A DNA stretch of 64,000 nucleotides, from positions 76 through 64,075 of the forward strand of contig JBPOJC010000005.1 of NCBI GenBank assembly GCA_052034135.1, given 5' to 3'. Each line of letters begins with the position of its first letter. The first letter of the stretch is position 1. Of the stretch, positions 9,555-17,577 are shown one piece after another. Origin of the DNA: Caldisericota bacterium (lineage in GTDB: Bacteria > Caldisericota > Caldisericia > UBA6126 > JAGPKI01). A program made the translations under genes and the position numbers. The notes under the pieces are model-generated. The model did no database searches. It was not told the DNA's origin and saw nothing but the letters and a program-made list of their open reading frames with translations.

Positions 9555-9761
9555 ATGGCTGAAAGTAACAAGTATGAGAACAGTAAATTTGTAGAGATAT
9601 TTTGGCATCAGAAATACGATAGAATAGAATTGGATGAAAAGATGCCCATCGAAAAGCTAAATCTTCCATTTCAGACCATTGAGACAATAAACAAGCCCAC
9701 AATAAAAGACCTTGAAGTCAGACTCCACCTAAAGAAAAACTCGATAGCAGATTATAAATAA
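9555..9761 (+). pseudogene. Probable N-terminal remnant of a site-specific (N6/N4) DNA methyltransferase
   Basis: FWHQKYDRIELDE..LNLPFQTIETINKP resembles the conserved N-terminus (W.GKYD...LPFQ.vEtI.E) that I recall from adenine-specific methylases of R-M/defence loci. The ORF stops after 68 aa without any catalytic domain. Confidence 0.4.
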
Positions 9762-9791
9762 AATTACTTATAGTTAAAATTACTTATAGTT
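9760..9791 (+). repeat. Perfect 16-bp tandem direct repeat (AAAATTACTTATAGTT x2) upstream of the cas operon
   Basis: Read directly from the sequence, 89 bp upstream of the cmr1 ATG. A possible operator. Confidence 0.9.
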
Positions 9792-9792
9792 A

Positions 9793-9819
9793 TTGAAGTG
9801 CATAAGAGAGTGAAATAAT
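9793..9819 (+). promoter_or_regulatory. Candidate sigma70-type promoter of the cas/abiE operon
   Basis: TTGAAG (9793-9798), 15-nt spacer, then TGaAATAAT extended -10-like motif (9811-9819). It lies immediately after the 16-bp direct repeats. The spacing is suboptimal. Confidence 0.25.
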
Positions 9820-9879
9820 GGTAAATGTGGTGGATTTATTTGGTAAGGACGCAAAAAAAGTTTTGAAGGTGAAAATAAA

Positions 9880-11001
9880 ATGAAAGAATTTGCAGTAAAA
9901 ATTAAACTTTTAACTCCAATTTGGACGGGGGACGCAAATAGACACAATACTACTTTAAGAGAGACTGGTATAATTGGAAGTTTGAGATGGTGGTATGAAG
10001 CATTAATCAGGGGGCTTGGTGGAACCGCTTGTGACCCAACAAATGAGAGTCTCCGATGTAAATTAGATCATGATAAATTTTATAAGGCAATAAAGAACGG
10101 AAATTCAATTAAAGATGCATTAGATGCGCAAATATGCCAGGTTTGTCAGCTTTTTGGCTGTACAGGTTGGGCAAGAAAATTTAGATTGGAAATAGTAGGC
10201 AACGGTATTACTCCTATTCAAGGAGTATGGATAGGAACAAGAGAAAAGAGAGGGAATAAATATTTAAAGCGAAATATATCAGGCTTGATGTCTAATGATT
10301 TAATAACTTTGAAATTTATCCCATTAAGAGATATTTCTCAACAAGAATGGAGTTTATTGAATATAAGTTTGGGAATAATAGAAAATTATGGAGCTTTAGG
10401 GGCACACATCTCTCAAGGAAATGGTGTAATTGAAGTTGTTGAAAATAATTTGCCTCGTAGTAATAAGCTTTGGACATTTGATTTAAAGAAAAATAAAGAT
10501 AATAGCGAGTTACCTAATTTGAATAATTTTTTCTTTTACAAGTTTCATATCAAATTTAAAGAAAGCTTAGTAAACCTAATTAATAACAATGTTTTTTGGA
10601 CTCATACTTTAGATCATAGTGAATTTAAAAATGACCTAAACTCATGGCGAGTACTTTGGACTAAATATCATTTTCTTCCAATATCATTTCATATAAGGGA
10701 TACTATAAGGTGTTTAGAGAGTGATAGAAATAAAAGGCATGAAATATTTGGCATAGGCGGGGGAAATGCTAAAGGCTCAAAAGTGTTTGCCTCTCATGGA
10801 TATAAAATTGATGAAAAAACCATAGAAGTTCGAGTTTGTGGATATAATGTGGACCAATGTATTAAAAATAGGATAAAGAATGAAATAGGCAGTATGCTGG
10901 AAGAAAAGTTATTTTCGTCAGATGAAAATAGGAAAAACTTAGAAGAATGTATTTTGACAGAAGAAAAAGAGGGTAGCGAATTACTGGAGGGGTTAAAATG
11001 A
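9880..11001 (+). CDS. cmr1: Type III RAMP protein, Cmr1-like (Cas7 group)
   Basis: LTPIWTGD..TLRETGIIGSLRWWYEALIRG parallels the Cmr1 motif (SIKGAMRWWFRAL in P. furiosus Cmr1). CQVCQLFG and the C-terminal glycine loop FGIGGGNAKG are also present. Confidence 0.75.
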   Translation: MKEFAVKIKLLTPIWTGDANRHNTTLRETGIIGSLRWWYEALIRGLGGTACDPTNESLRCKLDHDKFYKAIKNGNSIKDALDAQICQVCQLFGCTGWARKFRLEIVGNGITPIQGVWIGTREKRGNKYLKRNISGLMSNDLITLKFIPLRDISQQEWSLLNISLGIIENYGALGAHISQGNGVIEVVENNLPRSNKLWTFDLKKNKDNSELPNLNNFFFYKFHIKFKESLVNLINNNVFWTHTLDHSEFKNDLNSWRVLWTKYHFLPISFHIRDTIRCLESDRNKRHEIFGIGGGNAKGSKVFASHGYKIDEKTIEVRVCGYNVDQCIKNRIKNEIGSMLEEKLFSSDENRKNLEECILTEEKEGSELLEGLK

Positions 11002-11843
11002 TGCATGACTATTACCTTTCAAAGGCGGAAGAATATGCGGATATTGAGGATATTGAATTAGCTAAAAATAAGAAAGATATTCAGGATAAGTTGAAAAAAG
11101 ATGTAGATGATGAACTTATCCATACCTTTTACCCTTCAAAAGATGATCTCAAAAATCTTCCTCAAAACTCCACTCTTTTAAAAATCTCCTTCACTCTAAA
11201 AAAGTCTTATACAAGCAAAGATGAAGGGGAATTTCATATTTACAATAGTAAAGATAAAAGGGATAAAATCTTTGAAAATCCGATTGTTAGGGATAAATTC
11301 ACAGGGCTTCCTGCAGTAAAGCCTTCAACATGGAAAGGACACTTGCGTTTTGCTGCAAATAAAGCTGAATGGGAAAATGAGCAAGAAAAAAAGGAAATTA
11401 TCAGAAGGCTTTTTGGTTCAGAATCAGAGGAAAAAGAAAATCCATTAAAGGGGAGGCTTTATTTTTTCCCTACATTTTTCAGAGAAGACACAGATATGGA
11501 TGTAATTACCCCCTTGAAAAGAGCCACCAGAATTCCAGCAAGAGGCCCAATAAGCTTAGAAGTTATGAAACCAGGCAAGAATGCTGATTTTTATCTATTA
11601 TACGTTCCCTATCCAAAGGGAGCGGATTTCAAGGAGGAAGATGTCAATAAAGATTTAAGATTTTTAGCTGAGGCTTTAAAACTGATGTTTTATACTTATG
11701 GCTTTTCTGCAAAAAAGACAAGCGGATTTGGGGTAATTGAGAATTTAGAAGCAGGGAATATTGATGTTTATCCTGAAGATAAAAAAGAAATTTTCTCAAT
11801 ACTATACACTAAAGTAAGCGATAGTGTTAACCATGGTGTATAA
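10998..11843 (+). CDS. cmr6: Type III RAMP protein, Cmr6-like (Cas7 group)
   Basis: STWKGHLRFAA, RRLFGSE..KGRLYFFPTFF and the glycine loop KTSGFGVIE. ATGA overlap with cmr1. Confidence 0.7.
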   Translation: MMHDYYLSKAEEYADIEDIELAKNKKDIQDKLKKDVDDELIHTFYPSKDDLKNLPQNSTLLKISFTLKKSYTSKDEGEFHIYNSKDKRDKIFENPIVRDKFTGLPAVKPSTWKGHLRFAANKAEWENEQEKKEIIRRLFGSESEEKENPLKGRLYFFPTFFREDTDMDVITPLKRATRIPARGPISLEVMKPGKNADFYLLYVPYPKGADFKEEDVNKDLRFLAEALKLMFYTYGFSAKKTSGFGVIENLEAGNIDVYPEDKKEIFSILYTKVSDSVNHGV

Positions 11844-11845
11844 AA

Positions 11846-12604
11846 ATGAGAATTAATTTAATAGACCAATTAGCATCTAAAGGAAATACTTTTACCTTTG
11901 AGGAAGCGCAAAAATTAATAGGGTCTGACTATTCTGTGACAAAAGTAATTATTTCTCGTCTTGAGAAAAAGGGATGGATTGAAAGAATTGAGAAGGGTAA
12001 ATATATGATTATTCCTCTGGGAGCTGAGAAAGGTAAGTATACTCTTAATGAGTTTGTTATTGGTTCTATGCTTATTAAGCCTTATGCAATTGCTTACTGG
12101 AGTGCTCTTCATTTTTATGGCCTCACTGAACAAATACCAAATACGGTATTTATTCAAACAACTGCAAGAAAGAAAAATCAAAATATTAAAGTTTTTGGCA
12201 TTAATTATAAAATTGTGAGAATAAAAGAGGCAAAATTCTTTGGTATTCGTAGGGAATGGATAGAAGAAACGCAGATAAATATCACAGATAAAGAAAAAAC
12301 AATAGTGGATTGCTTAGATAAACCTCAGTACTGTGGTGGAATAATAGAAGTAGCAAAAGCATTAAAAAATGGAAGCTTTGATAAGGATAGATTGGAAGTT
12401 TATGCAAATAAAATTGGAAATTCAGGTGTTATTAGGAGACTTGGTTTTCTGTGTGATTTTCTTGGAATCAAGATAAATTTACCTCAAATTAAGACAAAAA
12501 ATTATCTTTATCTTGATCCAACAATGCCACTGGAAGGGCAAAGAAATGCTAAGTGGCGATTAATTATAAATCTTGATGAGAAGATTCTGGGGGCACTTGA
12601 GTGA
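11846..12604 (+). CDS. abiEi: AbiEi-family antitoxin / transcriptional regulator (type IV TA, COG5340-like)
   Basis: N-terminal wHTH (FTFEEAQKLIGSDYSVTKVIISRLEKKGWIERIEKGKYMIIP). AYWSALHFYGLTEQIP and a C-terminal domain are typical of AbiEi. There is a 2-nt gap after cmr6 and a GTGA overlap with the next ORF. Confidence 0.75.
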   Translation: MRINLIDQLASKGNTFTFEEAQKLIGSDYSVTKVIISRLEKKGWIERIEKGKYMIIPLGAEKGKYTLNEFVIGSMLIKPYAIAYWSALHFYGLTEQIPNTVFIQTTARKKNQNIKVFGINYKIVRIKEAKFFGIRREWIEETQINITDKEKTIVDCLDKPQYCGGIIEVAKALKNGSFDKDRLEVYANKIGNSGVIRRLGFLCDFLGIKINLPQIKTKNYLYLDPTMPLEGQRNAKWRLIINLDEKILGALE

Positions 12605-13365
12605 TTTCAAAAAATGAAATACCACAGAAAGCAAGGGAAAAAGAAGTACCTGAATCTACTATTGAGAGAGACTATGTTCAGAACTGGTTACTTATGGCAT
12701 TATCATCTCTTCCTCTTGTACTAAAAGGAGGAACAGGTATAAGAAAGGTGTATGTTGAAGATTATAGATTTTCTGATGATTTAGATTTTACATTACTTAA
12801 TAGGATTGATGAAGATGAATTAAGAGAAATAATAGAAAAATCAGTGGAAAAAGCAAGAGAAGAAAGTGGAATAAATTTTAGTAGGGATATAGGGTTTTGT
12901 AAAAATGATAATGGTTTTGAAGCAGATGTCTATTTTCAGCTTATGCAAACGGGAAGCAATAGAACATCAGTAAAGATAGATATAACAAACTGTGAGAATG
13001 AGAGGATACTTTTACCAGTAGATATAAAGAAGATAATTCATCCATATTCTGATGATTTAAATGCTGAAGTAAAAGTATATGCTCTTGAAGAGATGATTAC
13101 AGAAAAGATAAGGAGTCTTTTTCAGAGAACAAGACCGAGAGATCTATATGATGTATGGTATATGTGGGATAAGGTGGATAGAAGAAAAATTTTTAAAATT
13201 CTTCCTGAAAAATTTAAATCAAAAAATGTTGAGATGGATATAAAAGATTTTGAGCAAAGGAAAAATGACTTTGAAGGTGCTTGGAAAAATTCTCTTGGTC
13301 ATCAACTTAAAGAGTTACCTGAATTTGAAAATGTGTTTTTGACCGTGTTTGAGGAGGTAAAAAAG
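12601..13365 (+). other. abiEii: Domain: AbiEii-type Pol-beta nucleotidyltransferase (toxin) module
   Basis: The GGTG..RFSDDLDF motif lies at 12724-12792 and the module has the full length expected of a stand-alone AbiEii (about 255 aa). Confidence 0.75.
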
Positions 13366-16284
13366 ATGCTTATTGATATAATTAGTAATAATAAAGAAAA
13401 TATCTTAATTGGTGAAATTGGGGCTTTGCTTCATGATATTGGAAAATGCCACCCAGATTTTATAAGGGTACAGTCTTTAGAGCATGAAACTAATTTTGTT
13501 CACGAAAATATTGATAAATTTTTGAAACCTGAGCTTATTGATACCCTTAAAAAGGTAAAAATAAAATTCGATAATGAAGAAAAATCAGTCTATGATCTTA
13601 TTCGTTATCACCATGATGCTAAGGGAACTCTTTTAAAATATTTAGAAAAATGTGATCGCTTAGATTCAGCTGATGATAAAGGAGTTGTGAGAAAAAAACA
13701 GTCAAAAGATGATACTATTATATGTTCACCATTTGGTTTTTCTAAAGAAAAGATTGATCTTCAGTGTTTGCAAAAAAGACTAAACGATTTAGAAAGTAAT
13801 TTGATAGGATTATTCCAAAATTATGTATCTGGTAGTTTAGATATAGTCTGTTTTAGAAAATGTTTGATGAATAACCTAAACACAACATTTTCCTGTGCTC
13901 TTGGAGAGACAAGGATCCCAGCAAATGATGTAACCCTCTGGGATCATTCACATTCTACGGCATCGCTCTTTAAGTCTGCATTGTGTGCGATGGTCCTTGG
14001 TGAAAAACCTGATAAAGACAAATTGCAATGGAGGATCTTTGGATTTTGCTGGGATGGTATTGGTTTTATAAATAAAGGTAAGGAAGTTGCTGACATTCTT
14101 CAGAGAAAAAAAATTATTGATGAGATGAAGAGAAAATTAAAAGATAAATTTGAAGAAGAGATCCCAATTGGTAATGTAATTTATGAGGATAATAATGGGA
14201 TTTATTTTACATTTCCAGCATTGAATAACAATTCAGAAGCACTTGCAAAAGAATGTGCAAAGATAGGACTTGATATTATTAGAAAAGATAGTAATGATGA
14301 GATATGGCCATTTTTCACATTGAGTAAGCCACATAGAACCCTTACAATCCTTACTGAAGAATTAAAATTTGCTTCTAAGGAAAGAGCTATACCTAAAATG
14401 ACACCAACTTTATTTATTGAAGGAAATGGAGAGATAACGTTAGATAATCCTGAAATAGATACTCCAAAAGATGGTTGGGATATTTGTCCTATCTGTAGAT
14501 TAAGAGCAAAGCTTGAGGATGATGATAGATGTGATGTTTGTAAAGAAAGAAAAAAAGGGAGATTAGATAGTTGGCTTAGTAGTAGAGAGAATACAATCTG
14601 GATAGATGAAGTTGCGGATGATAATAATCGCATTGCATTACTTACCCTAAGCTTTGACCTTGATAAATGGCTTGATGGTACGATGATTGGAACCATTTTT
14701 TCTCAAACTCTTGAGGACTGGAAAAATAGCAAAGATGCGATTAAGTTTTTCAGTAATAAACAAAACGAACAAAAGCTAAAAAGTAAAGGCATAAATATTA
14801 ATGATGCTCCTATTAATTTATCAAAAAATTGTTTGAAAATTATTACAGATGAGGATCCCTTAAAAAAGGATCCCTCAAAAGACCCTGCATTTAAAAGTGA
14901 ACTGATAAATACATTTTACGAGGATGTTAAATCTACTCAAAATGAAAAAGATGAGAATTATATTGAAAAATTTATTGATAATCTTAAAGTACGTGTAGGT
15001 CCTGAACCATTTAATTCATCTAATCTGCAAAAAGTAATTTTCACTCAAAATCCATCTCCTGCTCGTTTGTATAGAATTTGGAAAGAGACAGATGAATTTT
15101 TTGGTTTAGTTACTAAAGATATAAAAGGAGGAATCTATTCTCGTAAACGGAAAAGGCTACATTTCTCAGCAGATAATAACGCTTTAAAAGTTAAGATAGA
15201 TCTTGAGAGTATAGAAAATACTCCTTTAGAAAATACTCCTTTAATAATAAAAATAAATGGTTTAAAGCCTGAAAGTATTTTAGTCATTCATACATCAGGT
15301 GGTGAATTTTATACCATTGAATCACTTGAAAAATTTAAATACGGAGATAAATCAGGCCCTGATGTCGTTAAAGACGCTTTAAGTAAAGGGTTATATTGGA
15401 TTTCAGAGGAAGATAAACCTGATATTAATCTACTAAAGAATGGTCAAAATATAAAGATTAATGGCATTCTTTCAGAAGAAGATTATTATCCCATTATTGA
15501 AATTACAAAGTCTCCATTGTCAATGCGACTAATTGTACCAGCATCTGACTCTATATCAATTTTGAAGTCAATAGTAAAGCTATATAATCAAAGATTTGAA
15601 AAGGTTTTAGGGAAATTACCTTTTAATATTGGTTTACTCGTTTCAAAGAGGAAGTTTCCACTCTATGTTTTATTAGATACTGGAGAAAGATTATTTCATG
15701 CTAAAGAGTTTAAGAAGCCTGAAATGATGGATGCATGGTGGGATATAAATGATCTTAGGAATGACGAATTTTACAGTTTTTATCCAGTAACAAAATTTGA
15801 AGATCAAAAATACAATCTTGATGATTTAGTTCCATTATCTAAAGGCAAAATCTATTCTTTATATCCTGGATATTTTGACTTTGACTTAATCCTTGGTACA
15901 CAAGATAGATACAATATTACCTACAATGAGAAAAGAAGAGCTAATAACGATTACATGCTATTTTCTAAAAGACCTTGTTATTTTTATCAATTTCCACAGA
16001 TGATTGACTTATGGGAAATTCTTAATAATAATCTCTCAAGCTCTCAAATTAACTTTATTGAAGAATCATTAACAAATAAACTGCGAGAATGGCGCAATGT
16101 TAATGAACCTATAAAAAATGATGTATTCAGAAAGTTTGTAGAGGCAACAATAAAAGATGCATTTAGCAGTAACTGGGATAAATTAGAAAAGGAGACCAAA
16201 GATTTTATTTTAAACTCTGCTTACAATGGGTTTTTACTTGATACCATAGTTTTATTTAATCATACTATAAAGAAGGGAGAATAA
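12601..16284 (+). CDS. cas10: AbiEii/DUF1814 nucleotidyltransferase fused in frame to a Cas10 large subunit (HD domain present, cyclase GGDD motif absent)
   Basis: aa 1-255 carry IERDYVQNWLL..LKGGTGIRKVYVEDYRFSDDLDF (the AbiEii NTase signature). aa 256-1227 carry HD (LLHDIGK, RYHHD), WDGIGFI, the Zn finger CPICR..CDVCK, and a palm-2 region MRLIVPASDSISILKSIVKLYNQRF..KLPFNIGLLVSKRKFPLY. That palm-2 region aligns with IFAVGAWDD..KLTLSAGIGIFSDKYPV of Csm1, but TKSPLS stands in place of YSGGDD. No stop codon occurs between the two parts. Confidence 0.8.
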   Translation: MISKNEIPQKAREKEVPESTIERDYVQNWLLMALSSLPLVLKGGTGIRKVYVEDYRFSDDLDFTLLNRIDEDELREIIEKSVEKAREESGINFSRDIGFCKNDNGFEADVYFQLMQTGSNRTSVKIDITNCENERILLPVDIKKIIHPYSDDLNAEVKVYALEEMITEKIRSLFQRTRPRDLYDVWYMWDKVDRRKIFKILPEKFKSKNVEMDIKDFEQRKNDFEGAWKNSLGHQLKELPEFENVFLTVFEEVKKMLIDIISNNKENILIGEIGALLHDIGKCHPDFIRVQSLEHETNFVHENIDKFLKPELIDTLKKVKIKFDNEEKSVYDLIRYHHDAKGTLLKYLEKCDRLDSADDKGVVRKKQSKDDTIICSPFGFSKEKIDLQCLQKRLNDLESNLIGLFQNYVSGSLDIVCFRKCLMNNLNTTFSCALGETRIPANDVTLWDHSHSTASLFKSALCAMVLGEKPDKDKLQWRIFGFCWDGIGFINKGKEVADILQRKKIIDEMKRKLKDKFEEEIPIGNVIYEDNNGIYFTFPALNNNSEALAKECAKIGLDIIRKDSNDEIWPFFTLSKPHRTLTILTEELKFASKERAIPKMTPTLFIEGNGEITLDNPEIDTPKDGWDICPICRLRAKLEDDDRCDVCKERKKGRLDSWLSSRENTIWIDEVADDNNRIALLTLSFDLDKWLDGTMIGTIFSQTLEDWKNSKDAIKFFSNKQNEQKLKSKGININDAPINLSKNCLKIITDEDPLKKDPSKDPAFKSELINTFYEDVKSTQNEKDENYIEKFIDNLKVRVGPEPFNSSNLQKVIFTQNPSPARLYRIWKETDEFFGLVTKDIKGGIYSRKRKRLHFSADNNALKVKIDLESIENTPLENTPLIIKINGLKPESILVIHTSGGEFYTIESLEKFKYGDKSGPDVVKDALSKGLYWISEEDKPDINLLKNGQNIKINGILSEEDYYPIIEITKSPLSMRLIVPASDSISILKSIVKLYNQRFEKVLGKLPFNIGLLVSKRKFPLYVLLDTGERLFHAKEFKKPEMMDAWWDINDLRNDEFYSFYPVTKFEDQKYNLDDLVPLSKGKIYSLYPGYFDFDLILGTQDRYNITYNEKRRANNDYMLFSKRPCYFYQFPQMIDLWEILNNNLSSSQINFIEESLTNKLREWRNVNEPIKNDVFRKFVEATIKDAFSSNWDKLEKETKDFILNSAYNGFLLDTIVLFNHTIKKGE
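13351..13368 (+). promoter_or_regulatory. Internal Shine-Dalgarno (GAGGAGG) plus in-frame ATG exactly at the NTase/Cas10 boundary
   Basis: gaggaggtaaaaaagATG has an 8-nt spacer. This is consistent with an ancestral or still-used independent cas10 start. Confidence 0.45.
13366..16284 (+). other. cas10: Domain: Cas10 (HD + palm1 + Zn finger + degenerate palm2 + C-terminal helical domain)
   Basis: The HD dyad lies at 13432-13437, the Zn finger at 14485-14541, and the expected GGDD position at about 15502-15522. Confidence 0.8.
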
Positions 16285-16289
16285 TTAAA

Positions 16290-17195
16290 ATGGATGTACC
16301 TAAAAAATATTTTGCAATAACTCTTGATCCTGTACATATCGGGGCTGGCGGATATAGACTTGGTTTTGTAGATAATACTATAGTAAGGGAACCAGCTACT
16401 GATATACCTAAAATTCCTGGGACATCACTGGCAGGTGTAATAAGAGCGTTTGCAGAGTTAGTTAAAACAGAGGATGATAAGATAGCTGATACAGAGAAGA
16501 AATTCAAGAATATAAATATTGAAACAGCATTCGGTGATGAAAATAAACAGGGAATGTTAAGGTTCTATGATGGACAGATAATCTTTTTCCCAGTATCTTC
16601 AATTGAGGGGACAGTCTGGATAACTACAAAAGAATTACTTGAATACTGGCTTGGAGACATGAAGGATGAACAAGGCAAGAAAATTACAATTCCATATGAA
16701 GTGCAAGATAAAGCATATGCAGTAAAAGGAGTTAATCCTGAAGCATTAAAGCTTGGATTAAATCTTGGATGGCTATTGCTGGAGATTCAGAATATTACTG
16801 GAGGGAAAGAAGTTGTACTGCCATCAGAATTAGAGAATTTCTTAAAAAGGATTGTAGTCGTTTCAGATAAGCTATTTTCTCATCTGGTAAATGACAATTT
16901 AGAAGTGAGAACATCTGTAAAAATCGATCCAAAGACAGGGACAGCATCTGAAGGAGCATTGTTTACATACGAAGCCATACCAAGAGGAACTATATTAGGA
17001 TTTGAAATGGTTATAGATACAAGAAGGGAAAATGTAGATGATATTGAAACATTAATTAAAGCCACGTTTCCTTATTTAAAGCTTCTTGGTGTAGGTGGAC
17101 TGGGAACACGAGGTTTTGGAAGGATTAATATGTTTGGAATAAATGAAAATAATGCTCAATCCTCAAAAGGAGGAAAAGTAAATGATAAATCTTGA
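16290..17195 (+). CDS. cmr4: Type III backbone RAMP, Cmr4-like (Cas7)
   Basis: HIGAGGYRLGFVDNTIVREPATDIPKIPGTSLAGVIR parallels P. furiosus Cmr4 GSGTELGVVDQPIQRE..GQSLKGVLR, and the catalytic Asp is retained at 16371-16373. AFGDE..GMLRFYDGQIIFFPVSSIEGTVWITT and the glycine loop GVGGLGTRGFG are also present. Confidence 0.8.
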   Translation: MDVPKKYFAITLDPVHIGAGGYRLGFVDNTIVREPATDIPKIPGTSLAGVIRAFAELVKTEDDKIADTEKKFKNINIETAFGDENKQGMLRFYDGQIIFFPVSSIEGTVWITTKELLEYWLGDMKDEQGKKITIPYEVQDKAYAVKGVNPEALKLGLNLGWLLLEIQNITGGKEVVLPSELENFLKRIVVVSDKLFSHLVNDNLEVRTSVKIDPKTGTASEGALFTYEAIPRGTILGFEMVIDTRRENVDDIETLIKATFPYLKLLGVGGLGTRGFGRINMFGINENNAQSSKGGKVNDKS

Positions 17196-17577
17196 TTATT
17201 TATGCACAAAAATTGGTCAGGAAATAGGAGAAATGAAAAAGGAAAGAAATGAATCTACTCTTAGTACTCTTAGGAAGGCTCTTGGTATTTTACAAGAAGA
17301 TGGAGTTTATGCAATGTTTCTTTGGCTTGAAAAAGAAAATAGTGGGATAAGAAAAAAATTAACTACCGAGCTAAATGGTAGTGATATAGTTAAAAAATAT
17401 CTTTTACAAAATTCAGAGGGTTTTCGTGACGATTTTAAAGAATTTTGTAAAGACCTTAGCGAGCTTTCTCAGGATATTGATAAACTATTCTTTCTTAAAA
17501 AGATACTTGAACGTTCATTAACTTATGCTTTGTATCACGCAAAGATAAAAGGTGTCGAAAATGTGGCAGAGACTTGA
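17182..17577 (+). CDS. cmr5: Type III small subunit, Cmr5-like (Cas11)
   Basis: A 131-aa all-helical protein sitting between cmr4 and cmr3. ILQEDGVYAMFLWLEKE resembles the Cmr5 core helix. A strong SD AAGGAGG precedes it. Confidence 0.6.
   Translation: MINLDYLCTKIGQEIGEMKKERNESTLSTLRKALGILQEDGVYAMFLWLEKENSGIRKKLTTELNGSDIVKKYLLQNSEGFRDDFKEFCKDLSELSQDIDKLFFLKKILERSLTYALYHAKIKGVENVAET

Noticed and set aside
9261-9702. Minus-strand ORFs 9261..9479 and 9439..9702
   Set aside because: They overlap the plus-strand ORFs and each other, lack an RBS, and have no recognisable features. They are most likely chance ORFs in a decayed region.
14202-14696. Antisense or alternative-frame ORFs inside long genes (14202..14696, 61358..61918, 30781..31224, 32847..33185, 2154..2531, 51809..52126 and similar)
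   Set aside because: Each is fully nested in a well-supported gene on the other strand. They are low-complexity, Ser/Leu/Phe-rich translations typical of the antisense of AT-rich coding DNA.
15295-15309. SGGEF (LVIHTSGGEFYTIES) considered as a surviving GGDD/GGDEF-like cyclase motif of Cas10
   Set aside because: It lies about 75 aa upstream of the segment that aligns with the post-GGDD helix of Csm1 (MRLIVPASD..). The canonical spacing to the KLPFNIGLLVSKRKFP (tlSaGi) strand fits only if GGDD corresponds to TKSPLS. The fourth position is also Phe, not an acidic residue. A structural alignment is still needed.
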